Part shown: in pieces, positions 17,995 through 28,398 of the stretch
How positions within the stretch are numbered: position 1 is the first letter of the stretch
Layout: each line of letters begins with the position of its first letter
DNA from: Candidatus Bilamarchaeaceae archaeon
GTDB taxonomy: Archaea > Micrarchaeota > Micrarchaeia > Anstonellales > Bilamarchaeaceae
Assembly: GCA_038870635.1 (NCBI GenBank)
Contig: JAVZJR010000005.1
Coordinates: forward strand, 1 to 51,733
Direction of reading: 5' to 3'
DNA: 51,733 bases
Notes under the pieces: model-generated
The model's input: only the letters and a program-made list of their open reading frames with translations
Database searches by the model: none
Told to the model about the DNA's origin: nothing
Position numbers and translations under genes: made by a program

Positions 17995-18687
17995 ATGGAT
18001 GAAAACGCGCAACCAAGCGAAAAAACAGAAATAGAGAAAATAGTTAGTGAAATAGAAAAAAACATCTTCTCACTTAAATTTTACCCAGTTGCCATAGATG
18101 AAAACGCAAAAGACGAAGCTAAAAAGAACCTAATTGAGATTTACAAAAAAAGTAATGACACAGTTAGACAGATAATACTGTTTATGTTACATGAAGCGAT
18201 ATCACAATACTACGAATTCAAAGTAGTGCATGTTTACGATTACTTTCGCTCTAAAAACCCCCAGGAAGACCCTACACAAACAAGAATGAATGTTTATCGA
18301 GCAATGTTTAACTACAACACGTCAATCGAAGGAATAATGGAAATTATCGAGCTTCTGGGAAAACTTGGCCCATATGATGATGCAGCAAAAGTACTCACAT
18401 ACCATTATGCACGAATAGCATCTATAGAAACAGAAGCGCACATAGAACTTAGAAATGCTATTATTAATGCTTTAGGAGAAAGCGATGCACCCCACGCTCT
18501 CTTTTCTCTTATAAAATATGCTCTTTACACAGACAACGAACACCTTTTCCAAAGGATACATGCTGCCATTAAAAGATGGCAAGAAAAGATAGAGCATTTA
18601 AAAATACCTGAAAACAAAAAAAGAAAACTTAGAGAAAAGCTAAACGAAGTGCTTATAAAGGAATTTGGAAAAAGCCATTATAGGTGA
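17995..18687 (+). CDS. Hypothetical all-helical protein (possible HEAT-like repeats)
   Basis: GGAGG RBS; LRNAIINALGE segment is HEAT-like. Confidence 0.7.
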   Translation: MDENAQPSEKTEIEKIVSEIEKNIFSLKFYPVAIDENAKDEAKKNLIEIYKKSNDTVRQIILFMLHEAISQYYEFKVVHVYDYFRSKNPQEDPTQTRMNVYRAMFNYNTSIEGIMEIIELLGKLGPYDDAAKVLTYHYARIASIETEAHIELRNAIINALGESDAPHALFSLIKYALYTDNEHLFQRIHAAIKRWQEKIEHLKIPENKKRKLREKLNEVLIKEFGKSHYR

Positions 18688-19021
18688 TTTTATTTATCAC
18701 ATCGGAAAAGTTATCGAAGTCATAACATCTAAAGGTGGAATAAAAAGTGCTGATACAAGCGTGCAAGCAGTTGTGCGAATGTGGGATGAAAACCTTCTTA
18801 TCCTTAAAGTAGAAAAGAAAATAGAGAATTACATAAAAAAAGGCGATATTGTATTAGCTGATTACACCCCTATTTCTGATCGCTCGCCTTATAGAAAAAC
18901 CACCATAATAAAGATTTTGCCCGCCCAGCAGGGAGAAGCAATATGGAATGAATTCAGAATTGAATATGAAAAAAGAAGAGAAGGGGGGGTAAAAAAACAA
19001 CCAATGCCTTACATACGCTGA
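18665..19021 (+). CDS. Hypothetical protein (possible OB-like beta barrel)
   Basis: Overlaps upstream gene; GKVIEV..AVVRMWDEN..IKKGDIVLADY pattern. Confidence 0.7.
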   Translation: MEKAIIGDFIYHIGKVIEVITSKGGIKSADTSVQAVVRMWDENLLILKVEKKIENYIKKGDIVLADYTPISDRSPYRKTTIIKILPAQQGEAIWNEFRIEYEKRREGGVKKQPMPYIR

Positions 19022-19618
19022 TTATTTCCGCTGATAAACGTAAAAAATTCGCTGGATTGTAGTTAAAAAACTTAAAAAAGCACCTATGTAAGCAAGATAA
19101 ACAGCATACATAATATTAAAATTAGCACTAACAATCACAAAAACAAGCAGTATGCATCTCTCCCCTCTTTCAAAAAGACCACCCATTTTTTGAAAATCAT
19201 TTTCATCTATTAATCCCTTGTGGTGAGCATAAGCTCTAACAAAAGATGTCATATACGTACCAAAAATAAGAAAAAAAAGAAATCCAAAATAATAAAATGT
19301 ATCTGAAAAATTCAAAAGCATAAAAGATAGGAGTACTGCGGTTTCAACAAAGCGATCAACCAATCCATCTAAAAAAGCACCGAACTTAGTAACACTGCCT
19401 TTTGCGCGTGCCACAGCACCATCAATAGCATCCATTAGCACTGCTATCGCAAAGAAAAATGAAGCTTGCAAAAAGTGGCCTTTAATAATGAAATAAGATG
19501 AAATCAATGCAACTAAAAAAGATAAGATGGTCCATTGGTTTGGGGTAAGCGGAATAAAAGAAAGAGCCTTCCCAACTCTATCCTGCAAAGAAGACATAAA
19601 TCCATTAGATTTCAGCAT
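19022..19618 (-). CDS. CDP-alcohol phosphatidyltransferase (archaetidylinositol-phosphate synthase-like)
   Basis: TPNQWT, DAIDGAVAR...FGAFLDGLVDR, ERGER. Confidence 0.92.
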   Translation of the reverse strand: MLKSNGFMSSLQDRVGKALSFIPLTPNQWTILSFLVALISSYFIIKGHFLQASFFFAIAVLMDAIDGAVARAKGSVTKFGAFLDGLVDRFVETAVLLSFMLLNFSDTFYYFGFLFFLIFGTYMTSFVRAYAHHKGLIDENDFQKMGGLFERGERCILLVFVIVSANFNIMYAVYLAYIGAFLSFLTTIQRIFYVYQRK

Positions 19619-19724
19619 AATATGGTAATGTATAATATATTTTTAACGATTTCTTACATTCCATTACAGATTAAACGACATATAAACAAAATATTTAAAT
19701 ATGTTTCGAGCAACTATTATTCTG

Positions 19725-19800
19725 TCATGCTTATTTTGGGTGCATGGGAGGATAACTGGTCGCCTTGCCAGCGCAGAAATGCGCTGGCCTAATCCTGCTT
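19725..19800 (+). ncRNA. Candidate small structured RNA
   Basis: GC-rich island with perfect stem GCCAGCGCA-GAAA-TGCGCTGGC (19767-19788), further pairings and a TATA-like TTTAAATA about 25 nt upstream. Confidence 0.4.
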
Positions 19801-19843
19801 AATCAAACGCGTTTACCTTAGTTTTTATACTATGCTAAAATAT

Positions 19844-20461
19844 TCAAAATCTAAGAAGAAAAGTAGTCCTGTAATATCTTTTACCTTGTCGCACCCCCAT
19901 AAGTTTTTTTGTCATAAGGGCTTTAAGACCCATCTCACTAAAAAGCCGAATTACTGCTTTACTATCACCAACATAAAGGTCAACGCCTTCTTTTTTCTCA
20001 TCGGTCTTGGATAAGAATGTTTCTTTTTTTAGGAGATCAGTAAGAATTCCTTGGTACTTTTTTACATCATATGGGTTTCCTCTTAATTGTATTATTGCTT
20101 CGAAATAACCCGCTGCTTTTCTACTACACTCTTGACATATTGATGTTTTTATTTTGGGTTCAAAAGTTCTTGTTATACTTACCTCTTCATTGCCTTTTCT
20201 TATCTTAAAAGTAATTGTATTGCTTTTGCTATCGTAGATTGCAGAAGAAAAATCACCTCTGCATTTACTCACAACATAGTCCTCAAATTTTTTTCTGTTG
20301 AACTGCTGCCATTCTCCCCTAAACTTCACTTTCCCACAACGCTTGCATTCTTCTATTTCTATTTCAGGTAATCTTATATTATAAGGATAGCAATCAACAC
20401 AAAAAGCTTCTATAAATTTGATTTCACGATTACTTTTACCGCATTTTGGGCATATCATCAA
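19844..20461 (-). CDS. nmd3: NMD3 family ribosome biogenesis protein
   Basis: CPKCG, CVDC, CKRCG, CQECSRKAAGYFEAIIQLR, GVDLYVG, YRTTFLLR. Confidence 0.92.
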   Translation of the reverse strand: MMICPKCGKSNREIKFIEAFCVDCYPYNIRLPEIEIEECKRCGKVKFRGEWQQFNRKKFEDYVVSKCRGDFSSAIYDSKSNTITFKIRKGNEEVSITRTFEPKIKTSICQECSRKAAGYFEAIIQLRGNPYDVKKYQGILTDLLKKETFLSKTDEKKEGVDLYVGDSKAVIRLFSEMGLKALMTKKLMGVRQGKRYYRTTFLLRF

Positions 20462-20528
20462 AGCACCGATTTATCTCAATGAAAATAATGGACATAAGTT
20501 TAAATATTTTTGCTAAAAAAATTCGTTT

Positions 20529-21560
20529 ATGAAAAAATCTGATTATTTAAAGGAGGAAATTAGGCACATAGACATAAAATCTTTTGATGCAACCCCTATA
20601 ATAAACCAATACAAGGACATGGCGTTTCAAGCGAGAAATTTAGCCCGAGCTGCAGAAATCTACAACAAGATGCTATCAGAACAAAAATGCGGGATAATTC
20701 TCTGCTTGGCCGGATCTATATTCAGTGCAGGCTTAAAAAAAATAGTTTATGATATGGTTGAAAATAACATGGTTGATGTAATAGTATCTACTGGTGCAAT
20801 AATAGTTGACCAAGATTTTTTTGAGGCATTAGGTTTTAAACACTACAAAGGGAGCCCAAAAGTTGACGATGATGATCTTTACAAAAATCACATAGACAGA
20901 ATTTATGATACGTATATAGATGAAGATGATTTAAGAGAATGCGATATGACGGTCGCAAAAATAGCAGATTCCTTAGAACCGCGTCCGTATTCATCTAGAG
21001 AGTTTATAGAAAAGATGGGTGAATATTTAGTAAAAAATAACAAAGGAAAAGACAGCGTTGTTAGAAAAGCCTACGAGAAAGGCGTACCTATATTCGTACC
21101 TGCTTTTTCTGATTGCAGTGCTGGTTTTGGTTTGGTCTACCATCAATGGAATAGAAAAGGAAAACCAAAAGTAAGCATTGATTCAGCAAAAGATTTCTTA
21201 GAATTAACAAAAATAAAAATAGCTGCAGGTGAGACTGGTCTGTTTATGATAGCCGGCGGAGTACCAAAAAACTTTGCACAGGATGTCGTAGTAGCGGCAG
21301 ATGTTTTAGGAGAAAATGTAAAGATGCACAAATACGCCGTACAAATTACAGTTGCTGATGAACGAGACGGCGGACTTTCAGGAAGTACTTTAAAAGAAGC
21401 CCATTCTTGGGGAAAAGTTGATCAAGGTTATGAGCAAATGGTTTTTGCAGAAGCAACTCTTGCAGTACCATTAATAGTAAGTTATGCTTACCATAGCGGT
21501 TTATGGAAAAAACGAAAAGAGAAAAACTTTAATAAAATGTTGAATGAATCAGAATACTAA
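20529..21560 (+). CDS. Deoxyhypusine synthase family protein (possibly homospermidine synthase-like)
   Basis: [46 protein letters not shown] catalytic Lys. Confidence 0.92.
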   Translation: MKKSDYLKEEIRHIDIKSFDATPIINQYKDMAFQARNLARAAEIYNKMLSEQKCGIILCLAGSIFSAGLKKIVYDMVENNMVDVIVSTGAIIVDQDFFEALGFKHYKGSPKVDDDDLYKNHIDRIYDTYIDEDDLRECDMTVAKIADSLEPRPYSSREFIEKMGEYLVKNNKGKDSVVRKAYEKGVPIFVPAFSDCSAGFGLVYHQWNRKGKPKVSIDSAKDFLELTKIKIAAGETGLFMIAGGVPKNFAQDVVVAADVLGENVKMHKYAVQITVADERDGGLSGSTLKEAHSWGKVDQGYEQMVFAEATLAVPLIVSYAYHSGLWKKRKEKNFNKMLNESEY

Positions 21561-21570
21561 GAGGGAAAAA

Positions 21571-22128
21571 ATGGGAATAGATTTTGTACCTAAAAAAGTT
21601 TTTTTTGTAAAAGGGGTTGGAGTACACAAAGACCGTCTTGCTTCTTTTGAGCTTGCACTTCGCGATGCAGGAATACAAAAATGCAATCTTGTTTATGTTT
21701 CAAGTATATTTCCTCCGGGTGCGAAGATAATACCAGCAAAAGAGGGTTTAAAACAATTGAAAGCAGGACAAATTACATATTGTGTAATGGCACGCACAGA
21801 AACTAATGAACCTAACAGATTAATCGCGGCAGCAATAGGCTTAGCGATACCAAATGATAAAACTGCCTATGGTTATCTTTCAGAACACCACAGTTATGGA
21901 GAAAAAGGTAGTGTTGCAGGAGAGTACGCAGAAGATCTTGCCGCTTCAATGTTAGCATCAACACTTGGTATTCCTTTTGATCCGAATCAAGCATGGGATG
22001 AAAGAAAACAGATATACAAAGCAAGTGGCTATATATTTAAAACAACGCACATTTGCCAGTCTGCAGAAGGAAATAAAGATGGTAAATGGACAACAGCGAT
22101 TGCAGCAGCAATACTCTTGATGGAATGA
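21571..22128 (+). CDS. pdaD: Pyruvoyl-dependent arginine decarboxylase
   Basis: [22 protein letters not shown] (Ser-Ser autocleavage), GYLSEH; ATG 21571. Confidence 0.93.
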   Translation: MGIDFVPKKVFFVKGVGVHKDRLASFELALRDAGIQKCNLVYVSSIFPPGAKIIPAKEGLKQLKAGQITYCVMARTETNEPNRLIAAAIGLAIPNDKTAYGYLSEHHSYGEKGSVAGEYAEDLAASMLASTLGIPFDPNQAWDERKQIYKASGYIFKTTHICQSAEGNKDGKWTTAIAAAILLME

Positions 22129-22412
22129 TTAGAATGATTAAAATAAACTATTTTATAGATTTATTGATGGTAATTCTTTTTATTGCTGTTTCATTATCAG
22201 GCTTAATCATATTTTTCTTTTTACCTTCTGGAAGCGGCTGGTACGGGGTTAAATATTTTTTTGGCATTCCGAGGCATAACATAGTTGACATCCACAACTG
22301 GAGCGGCTTTGCATTAATAGTATTAATCACAGCGCATATTATCCTTCATTATAAATGGATAATCGAAACCACAAAAAACTTATTTAAACAAGAGAATAAA
22401 ACGCAAGAGTAA
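22125..22412 (+). CDS. DUF4405-like small membrane protein (His-containing, cytochrome-b-like)
   Basis: [30 protein letters not shown] overlap with pdaD. Confidence 0.75.
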   Translation: MIRMIKINYFIDLLMVILFIAVSLSGLIIFFFLPSGSGWYGVKYFFGIPRHNIVDIHNWSGFALIVLITAHIILHYKWIIETTKNLFKQENKTQE

Positions 22413-22450
22413 TAGAAGTGTTTTTATTGCTTCTCTCCTTTTATAAAAGC

Positions 22451-23311
22451 ATGAATAATAAAGTCCCGTTTAATTTTGGTGGATTAGATAAAAAGCACAG
22501 CGATTACAAAAATTCCAAAATAGTGGTTCTACCTTTACCTTTTGACAAAACGAGTACATGGGGAAAAGGGGCGGATAAAGGACCAAGAGCAATAATTGAT
22601 GCATCGAGAAATATGGAATTATACGACATTGAAACTGAAAGTGAGGTTTATTTAAATGGAATGCACACTGCCGCACCAATAAAGGCAAAAACACCTGAAA
22701 AACTCGCTGAGTTGTCATATGCGACAGTAAAAGAATTTCTAAATGAAAACAAATTTGTAGTTTCTTTAGGTGGTGAGCACTCGGTTTCGGCTGGCCCCAT
22801 AAAAGCGCATATGGAAGAATACCCAGAAGCGAGTATTTTACATTTAGATGCACACAGCGATAGGAGAGATGTATATGAAGGGAGCAAATACAACCACGCA
22901 TGCATAATGGCCCGCGCGCAAGAGTGGTGCGATAGTATAATTTCGGTCGGAATAAGAAGCATGGATTCAACAGAACTCCAAAAAGCAAAAAGAGACAAGA
23001 TAATTTATGCCCATGAAATTGTTAAAAGAGATGACTGGATAGATGAAGTAGTAAATACATTGAGAAAAGATGTTTACATCACCATAGATTTAGATGTTTT
23101 TGATTGTGGGATAATGCCATCCACAGGTACCCCAGAGCCGGGTGGTTTAAGCTGGTTTGATGTAAACGATCTCGTGAATGCAGTTTCAGAAAAAAGAAAC
23201 ATTATTGGTTTTGATGTTGTTGAGTTAGCACCTAATAAATACAATAGAGCTCCTGATTTTCTTGCAGCAAAACTAGTTTACCGTATTCTTAGCCAAAAAT
23301 TTAGGAAATAG
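22451..23311 (+). CDS. speB: Agmatinase
   Basis: GGEHS, DAHSD, DLDVFD, TGTPEPGG, DVVELAP. Confidence 0.95.
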   Translation: MNNKVPFNFGGLDKKHSDYKNSKIVVLPLPFDKTSTWGKGADKGPRAIIDASRNMELYDIETESEVYLNGMHTAAPIKAKTPEKLAELSYATVKEFLNENKFVVSLGGEHSVSAGPIKAHMEEYPEASILHLDAHSDRRDVYEGSKYNHACIMARAQEWCDSIISVGIRSMDSTELQKAKRDKIIYAHEIVKRDDWIDEVVNTLRKDVYITIDLDVFDCGIMPSTGTPEPGGLSWFDVNDLVNAVSEKRNIIGFDVVELAPNKYNRAPDFLAAKLVYRILSQKFRK

Positions 23312-23319
23312 GCGATAAG

Positions 23320-25089
23320 ATGGAAACTGAAGAAAAAGGAAGCGAGAATTTAAAAAAAGCAGTAAACTTAACTAACTATTTTTTTGAACTTCCGCCAACC
23401 CATTACTTAGTAGGCATTATGATTTCAATAGCAATAATCTTTGGTTTATTGACTAATTACTCAGAAAAAGAAAATATAATAGTTGCAGCTATAGAAGATG
23501 GTTTTTTCTTACTTCTTGCACCTGCCTTTTTAACCATTGTAGTAGTAAAAGCATTGATACGAAAGGTAAGTTGGAAAAGAATAATCGCTACAACGCTTGC
23601 CGGAGAGTTTATATACGCAATAACTTATCTTATCGCAATGATTGTTTTTGAAAAAAATGCTTTTTATGGGCAAGTAATAATATTGATAGGAGCAGCGTTT
23701 GTTTTTCTCATGTGGTATCTCATCGCTAGATTAGTTTTTATATTACGATATCGCTCTTTACTATTCTCCATAATGCAGCTCTTATTCTATATGGCATTTC
23801 TTTTTGAGTTTAAAGCAACAACTTATTTTTCCAATGACACAATAGTGGCAACAATGATCAAAGCGTATGTGGCATCCTTTATATTCTTAGGTGCTGCCTA
23901 TCTCGTATTTTTTGTTATAAATGCACCCATGAAAAAAACTTTTGGTTATAGTAGCACCGACGTATTTATGCTTTTCGTAAATCAATGGCTTTATAAAAAG
24001 AATGATTTAGAGGAAGCATTTAATAAGATTGGAGAAAACACGAAAACACTCATTGGCGTGGTTGGTTTTAAGAGAAAAAAAGACAGAATATTCTTTGTAG
24101 TCCCGTACATTCACTTCGGCCCATTTGGCAATTTGGGGGGAAGTGAATTTTCCCATCTTATCGCTGAGGGAATAAAAAAAAGATATAACTCTGAAGCATT
24201 TGTTTTTCATGGGACAGTTACTCACGATTTAAATCCAACTTCCTCAAAAGAATTAGATAAAATAATGAGCACGATAGAAAAAGTAATAGAAAGAGCAAAA
24301 TACTCTATCAAAACTACTGCTCTTGCTATTGGAAAAATTGAGGAATGTCAAGCAGATACTATATTTTTTGATAATCATGCTTTTGTGGGCGTTACAAGAG
24401 CACCTCAGCTTACAGAGGACATAAACTTCGGTTTAGGCTTGGCAATGATGTTTGCAGCTGAAAAAAAAGTTGAAAAAGCAATAGTAGTAGACGAGCATAA
24501 TGCAGAGCTTGGCGAAGTGACGAGTTTTGAACCCGGTGGTATGATCGGATATAATTACATAAGAGCAGTTGAAGACGCTTTATCTAAAAAAATTGAAAAA
24601 CAAAAACTTAAGATAGGCGTTGCCAAGTACTCTCTCCAAATAAGTACAATAGGAAAAGAAGGTATAAAAGTTGCCGCACTATCCACCAAACCATTAACTA
24701 TTATCGTTCTCATAGATTCTAATGGGATAACTCCACAATTCAAAGAAAGAATTGAAGAAGAATTAAAAAATAAATATTTGTGTTACCCAGTTGTATTTAC
24801 TACAGACACTCACGAAACCAATATTGTTAAAGGAGTTTTTAATCCAGTAAAAGAAGAAAATGAAGTTCTGAATGCAATAATAAAAAGCGCAGGAGAAGCT
24901 ATAAATGATATGAAAGAAGCTACAGCATTTATTGATAAGGAATGGTTTGAGATAAGAACAATAGGAGCAAAGCACTCTATAGAAATAGTAAGCACAATAA
25001 ATGCAATAGTAGCGATAACAAAGATAATAGTACCGTTAATACTCGTTGGGTCTATCATAGCAATAATGACAGTTCTATCATGGATATAG
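23320..25089 (+). CDS. DUF2070 family membrane protein
   Basis: N-terminal multi-TM region, HFGPFGNLGGS, HGTVTHDLNP, DEHN, DSNG, TTDTH. Confidence 0.85.
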   Translation: METEEKGSENLKKAVNLTNYFFELPPTHYLVGIMISIAIIFGLLTNYSEKENIIVAAIEDGFFLLLAPAFLTIVVVKALIRKVSWKRIIATTLAGEFIYAITYLIAMIVFEKNAFYGQVIILIGAAFVFLMWYLIARLVFILRYRSLLFSIMQLLFYMAFLFEFKATTYFSNDTIVATMIKAYVASFIFLGAAYLVFFVINAPMKKTFGYSSTDVFMLFVNQWLYKKNDLEEAFNKIGENTKTLIGVVGFKRKKDRIFFVVPYIHFGPFGNLGGSEFSHLIAEGIKKRYNSEAFVFHGTVTHDLNPTSSKELDKIMSTIEKVIERAKYSIKTTALAIGKIEECQADTIFFDNHAFVGVTRAPQLTEDINFGLGLAMMFAAEKKVEKAIVVDEHNAELGEVTSFEPGGMIGYNYIRAVEDALSKKIEKQKLKIGVAKYSLQISTIGKEGIKVAALSTKPLTIIVLIDSNGITPQFKERIEEELKNKYLCYPVVFTTDTHETNIVKGVFNPVKEENEVLNAIIKSAGEAINDMKEATAFIDKEWFEIRTIGAKHSIEIVSTINAIVAITKIIVPLILVGSIIAIMTVLSWI

Positions 25090-26682
25090 CTATTTATATA
25101 TGAGTTTTAGTGTGCAAAGATTTCCTTCTTCATCAGTTGTATGGTAAGGAACCACGTTAATATAACTGATGCTTGGTATTTCCTTCTCGAATTTTACTAA
25201 TGAGACTACTTTTCCATCAGTCAACGATACAATAGACCCCAATGGCGATACTTCAACTCCATTTGTATAGAATACACGTCCTTTTATATTAATGCAGAAA
25301 TCTGGCTCAAAAGGAGAACAATCTATTACCCAATCATGACCAATTCCAATAAAAGGAAAGTTTGCTGCAAATTTTCCATTTTCACCAGACCATCCCACAA
25401 ATAATTTGTGGACTTGATTTCCCTTGTTGTCATAGAACCACCCTGCATAACTAACACTTGCGTGATCCCTGCCGTGCTCATAAAAGATATTATTATTTTG
25501 TCCCCATATTAATGGAACTTGATAGGCATAATCACTTTCTTTGTCTTCACAAAGTTTATGAGATATGTATTCTGTTAAAACTTTATAGGTAGTTGTGGCC
25601 TCGCATCTAGCATTCTTATTTGTCATAGGCAAAGAAGGGTAGATAACCCCAATGTTTACTAAATCATAAGAAATGCCGAATATTTTTAAATTAGATATAT
25701 TATTTTCCGGCTTTACGTTTATACAATCTTCATAAATTCCTAAATTAGAATAGCCTCTTGTAAATTTGTACAATAAACCAGTTTCTTTTAGAATCTCTTC
25801 TCGTTCCTCGCCATCAACACAATATTTTATGTACTCCACGAGTTTGTATATATTGCTCCACATTTCATAATTGTGAATGTCTGAATGGAGTAGTATATTG
25901 CCGCCAACCAATATTTCTTTCTCGCCTTTTTGTGGAACACAGGTATTTACGTCATTAGATGCATCTTCTATATCTAAACCAATGTCTTGATTGCCTTCTA
26001 AATAACCCGCATCAAGATTGTTACCATCAACGGTGCCAGGACTATCGTTAATCTCTTCAACATCAAGTTGAGCCGTATCTTCATGTTGCTCCACATCCCC
26101 AAAGCCGCTGTCATCCAATCCGCCATCACTCAACCCATCTTCGATTGTATCTTTTTCAATGTCTTCTACACTACTATCGCTTTTAACTCCACCGTCTAAA
26201 TCACCATTGTTTGTATCTTCTTTCTCCACGCCTCCATCGCTTGTCTCTTCGTCCATCCCAACCTCTGCATTTACAGAACCGCCATCATCAGATTCTCTGC
26301 CCCCGTCATCATTTGGGGAATTGTTTTCAGAATTATCTCTTAAATCAGATGAAGAATCTACATCAACAGATTCTTGACTATCAGAAACACTGGAATCAAC
26401 TTTTTTGACGTCGCTTATATTAAAACGAATATCTTTTGTATTTACATCATCAATAACAGGACAATCTAGTCCTTCAACACAAATTACTTCAGTGCTGCCG
26501 CAGCCGTTTAGTACATTCAAAGTTATTGCAAAACCAAGCACGCTGCTTAGAACAATATTCTTAAACCTCGACATTTTTGAGTTTTTCTCAGCTATGACCT
26601 CTTTTTTCTTGAATCCTGATGTTGAATCCTCTTTGGTATGTTTGTTATACCCTATTTCCTTGATTTTATTATTTAAATACAT
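25090..26682 (-). CDS. Predicted lipoprotein with long acidic D/G/S-rich linker
   Basis: Basic N-region, hydrophobic stretch ending VLNG-C, repeated DGG/DSS units, then a globular Cys-containing domain. Confidence 0.7.
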   Translation of the reverse strand: MYLNNKIKEIGYNKHTKEDSTSGFKKKEVIAEKNSKMSRFKNIVLSSVLGFAITLNVLNGCGSTEVICVEGLDCPVIDDVNTKDIRFNISDVKKVDSSVSDSQESVDVDSSSDLRDNSENNSPNDDGGRESDDGGSVNAEVGMDEETSDGGVEKEDTNNGDLDGGVKSDSSVEDIEKDTIEDGLSDGGLDDSGFGDVEQHEDTAQLDVEEINDSPGTVDGNNLDAGYLEGNQDIGLDIEDASNDVNTCVPQKGEKEILVGGNILLHSDIHNYEMWSNIYKLVEYIKYCVDGEEREEILKETGLLYKFTRGYSNLGIYEDCINVKPENNISNLKIFGISYDLVNIGVIYPSLPMTNKNARCEATTTYKVLTEYISHKLCEDKESDYAYQVPLIWGQNNNIFYEHGRDHASVSYAGWFYDNKGNQVHKLFVGWSGENGKFAANFPFIGIGHDWVIDCSPFEPDFCINIKGRVFYTNGVEVSPLGSIVSLTDGKVVSLVKFEKEIPSISYINVVPYHTTDEEGNLCTLKLIYK

Positions 26683-26708
26683 AATTATTTATATAATACA
26701 ACCAATAT

Positions 26709-27701
26709 TTAAATATTTTGGTTTTTAAGATTTTTAAGAACCGCCACCATTTCACAAAGTTTACATACTTCCTTGCTTGAAGGCTCCCCACATTTTTTGC
26801 AGTGCAACACTGAAAAACTATTTTTCTGCTGTCTAAAAATTTTCTGCAACGCAAGAAAACTGTTCAATATTCTAAAACGTGTGCCAGGATAACGGTTTTC
26901 TAATTCATCTAATTGCAAACGAACAAATTTTCGAAACGCAAAAACAGAATACGGACAACACTTCTTATCCAATATAGGAAACTTTTTTGCCTTTCCATAA
27001 GCAATTATTTCGTCTTCTGACAATCGTATCAATGGTTTTATCCTAGGTACAAATTTTTCATCATCTACAAGATGCTCGTTGTATCTAAAAAGACGAAGAG
27101 GCTCGTTTCTTAAAATATTCATCATTATTGTTTCTGCAGTATCATTTAGTGTATGCGCTATAGCTATCTTTTTTGCTCCTAACTCGCGCGCGTGCTTATT
27201 TAAAAAATACCTTTTAGCCACACCACAAAAACTGCATGGATTTTGTGTTTTTGTTTTTTTGACAATGTCTTCTAAACTATAACCAAAATCCTCTTTCAAG
27301 TTAAAAAGATAATGCGGGATGTTCAATCGTTTGCATTCTTCTTTCGCGATTTCGATAGTTTTTCTGTTATAATCGCAATCTATCCCCAAATCGATAGTGA
27401 TGGCTATAATGGTATATGGAAGTTTCTTTTTTAAAAGCGCCAAGAGATTAAGCAAAACAACACTGTCTTTTCCACCAGAAAGGCCAACTGCCACCTTATC
27501 ATTTTTACCTATCCACTTAAACTCACTTAGTGTTTTGAAAAATGTTTTCTCAACATAACGACAAAGGTGATTATCACACATATAACGCTCAGCATATGGT
27601 AAGTAAATCACTGCTTTGTCTTTACAATGACTGCACTTTTTTCCACTAAGTGAATGCATTTTTCTGTTTGAATTGCAAGTTAAAACTTCCTCTTTATCCA
27701 T
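26709..27701 (-). CDS. ttuA: tRNA 2-thiolation protein TtuA/Ncs6 (TIGR00269 family)
   Basis: PP-loop SGGKDS, CSFC, CPY, N- and C-terminal Zn fingers. Confidence 0.88.
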   Translation of the reverse strand: MDKEEVLTCNSNRKMHSLSGKKCSHCKDKAVIYLPYAERYMCDNHLCRYVEKTFFKTLSEFKWIGKNDKVAVGLSGGKDSVVLLNLLALLKKKLPYTIIAITIDLGIDCDYNRKTIEIAKEECKRLNIPHYLFNLKEDFGYSLEDIVKKTKTQNPCSFCGVAKRYFLNKHARELGAKKIAIAHTLNDTAETIMMNILRNEPLRLFRYNEHLVDDEKFVPRIKPLIRLSEDEIIAYGKAKKFPILDKKCCPYSVFAFRKFVRLQLDELENRYPGTRFRILNSFLALQKIFRQQKNSFSVLHCKKCGEPSSKEVCKLCEMVAVLKNLKNQNI

Positions 27702-27732
27702 AAAGAAATTTTATACCGATTTGTTTATTATA

Positions 27733-28398
27733 TTAGTGCCATCTACATTGATTGTGAACACAACCGCATTCTAAGCCATAATCTGAAGCTTTATAGCATT
27801 CGCGATATTCACATGTTGTAATAACAGGTGGCTCATTTTTAGATTGACAAACTTGTGCGCTACACCCACCACGAACGCAATCGTTATCGTTGTTGCATTT
27901 TCCATTTGTAGAATAACCGCAAAATCCTTCCGCAGGTGGCTTTGTGGTATTTTTGCCTACAATTTTACACTGAAAATTAATACATCTTGTTTCGAGATTG
28001 TTTGCTATACCAGTACAATAATCAGGACATTGCTTTTCAGTATTAACAAATTCTTTAGAACCTACAAAACACTCTCCTGTTGTTATGTGTGTTCCACAAG
28101 CGCAATCGTTATCACCAACACAATAATTTGGCTTATCTGGAGAGCATTCCCCTCTGAGATATGCCCATTCTTCACATTTGGCTTGGTTTTTAAACTCACA
28201 AACACCCACTTGTCCTGGCACTGCATCCACCAATATCAAAATTTTTCCCCCATTCTTAATACAGTATTCTGATGCTGGGTTTGCAATGGTGCTGTTGTCA
28301 TTTATTGTATTATTATCTATACCATCTTCTTTGGTTGGCAAAGAGATGCAACCAAAAAGAAAGACAGACAAAACAAAAAATAAAAACAGCTTTTTCAT
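27733..28398 (-). CDS. Lipoprotein with DUF333-like domain and eight-cysteine-cluster domain
   Basis: LFG-C lipobox; IANPASEYC..GG..CEEW; C..DNDCVRGGCSAQVC..TTCEYRECY..CGC...C.W. Confidence 0.8.
   Translation of the reverse strand: MKKLFLFFVLSVFLFGCISLPTKEDGIDNNTINDNSTIANPASEYCIKNGGKILILVDAVPGQVGVCEFKNQAKCEEWAYLRGECSPDKPNYCVGDNDCACGTHITTGECFVGSKEFVNTEKQCPDYCTGIANNLETRCINFQCKIVGKNTTKPPAEGFCGYSTNGKCNNDNDCVRGGCSAQVCQSKNEPPVITTCEYRECYKASDYGLECGCVHNQCRWH

Noticed and set aside
19535..19792. 85-aa plus-strand ORF, and an HDV-like ribozyme reading of the 19767-19796 hairpin
   Set aside because: The ORF overlaps the phosphatidyltransferase gene antisense with no motif; too few nucleotides for P3/L3/P1 of an HDV fold
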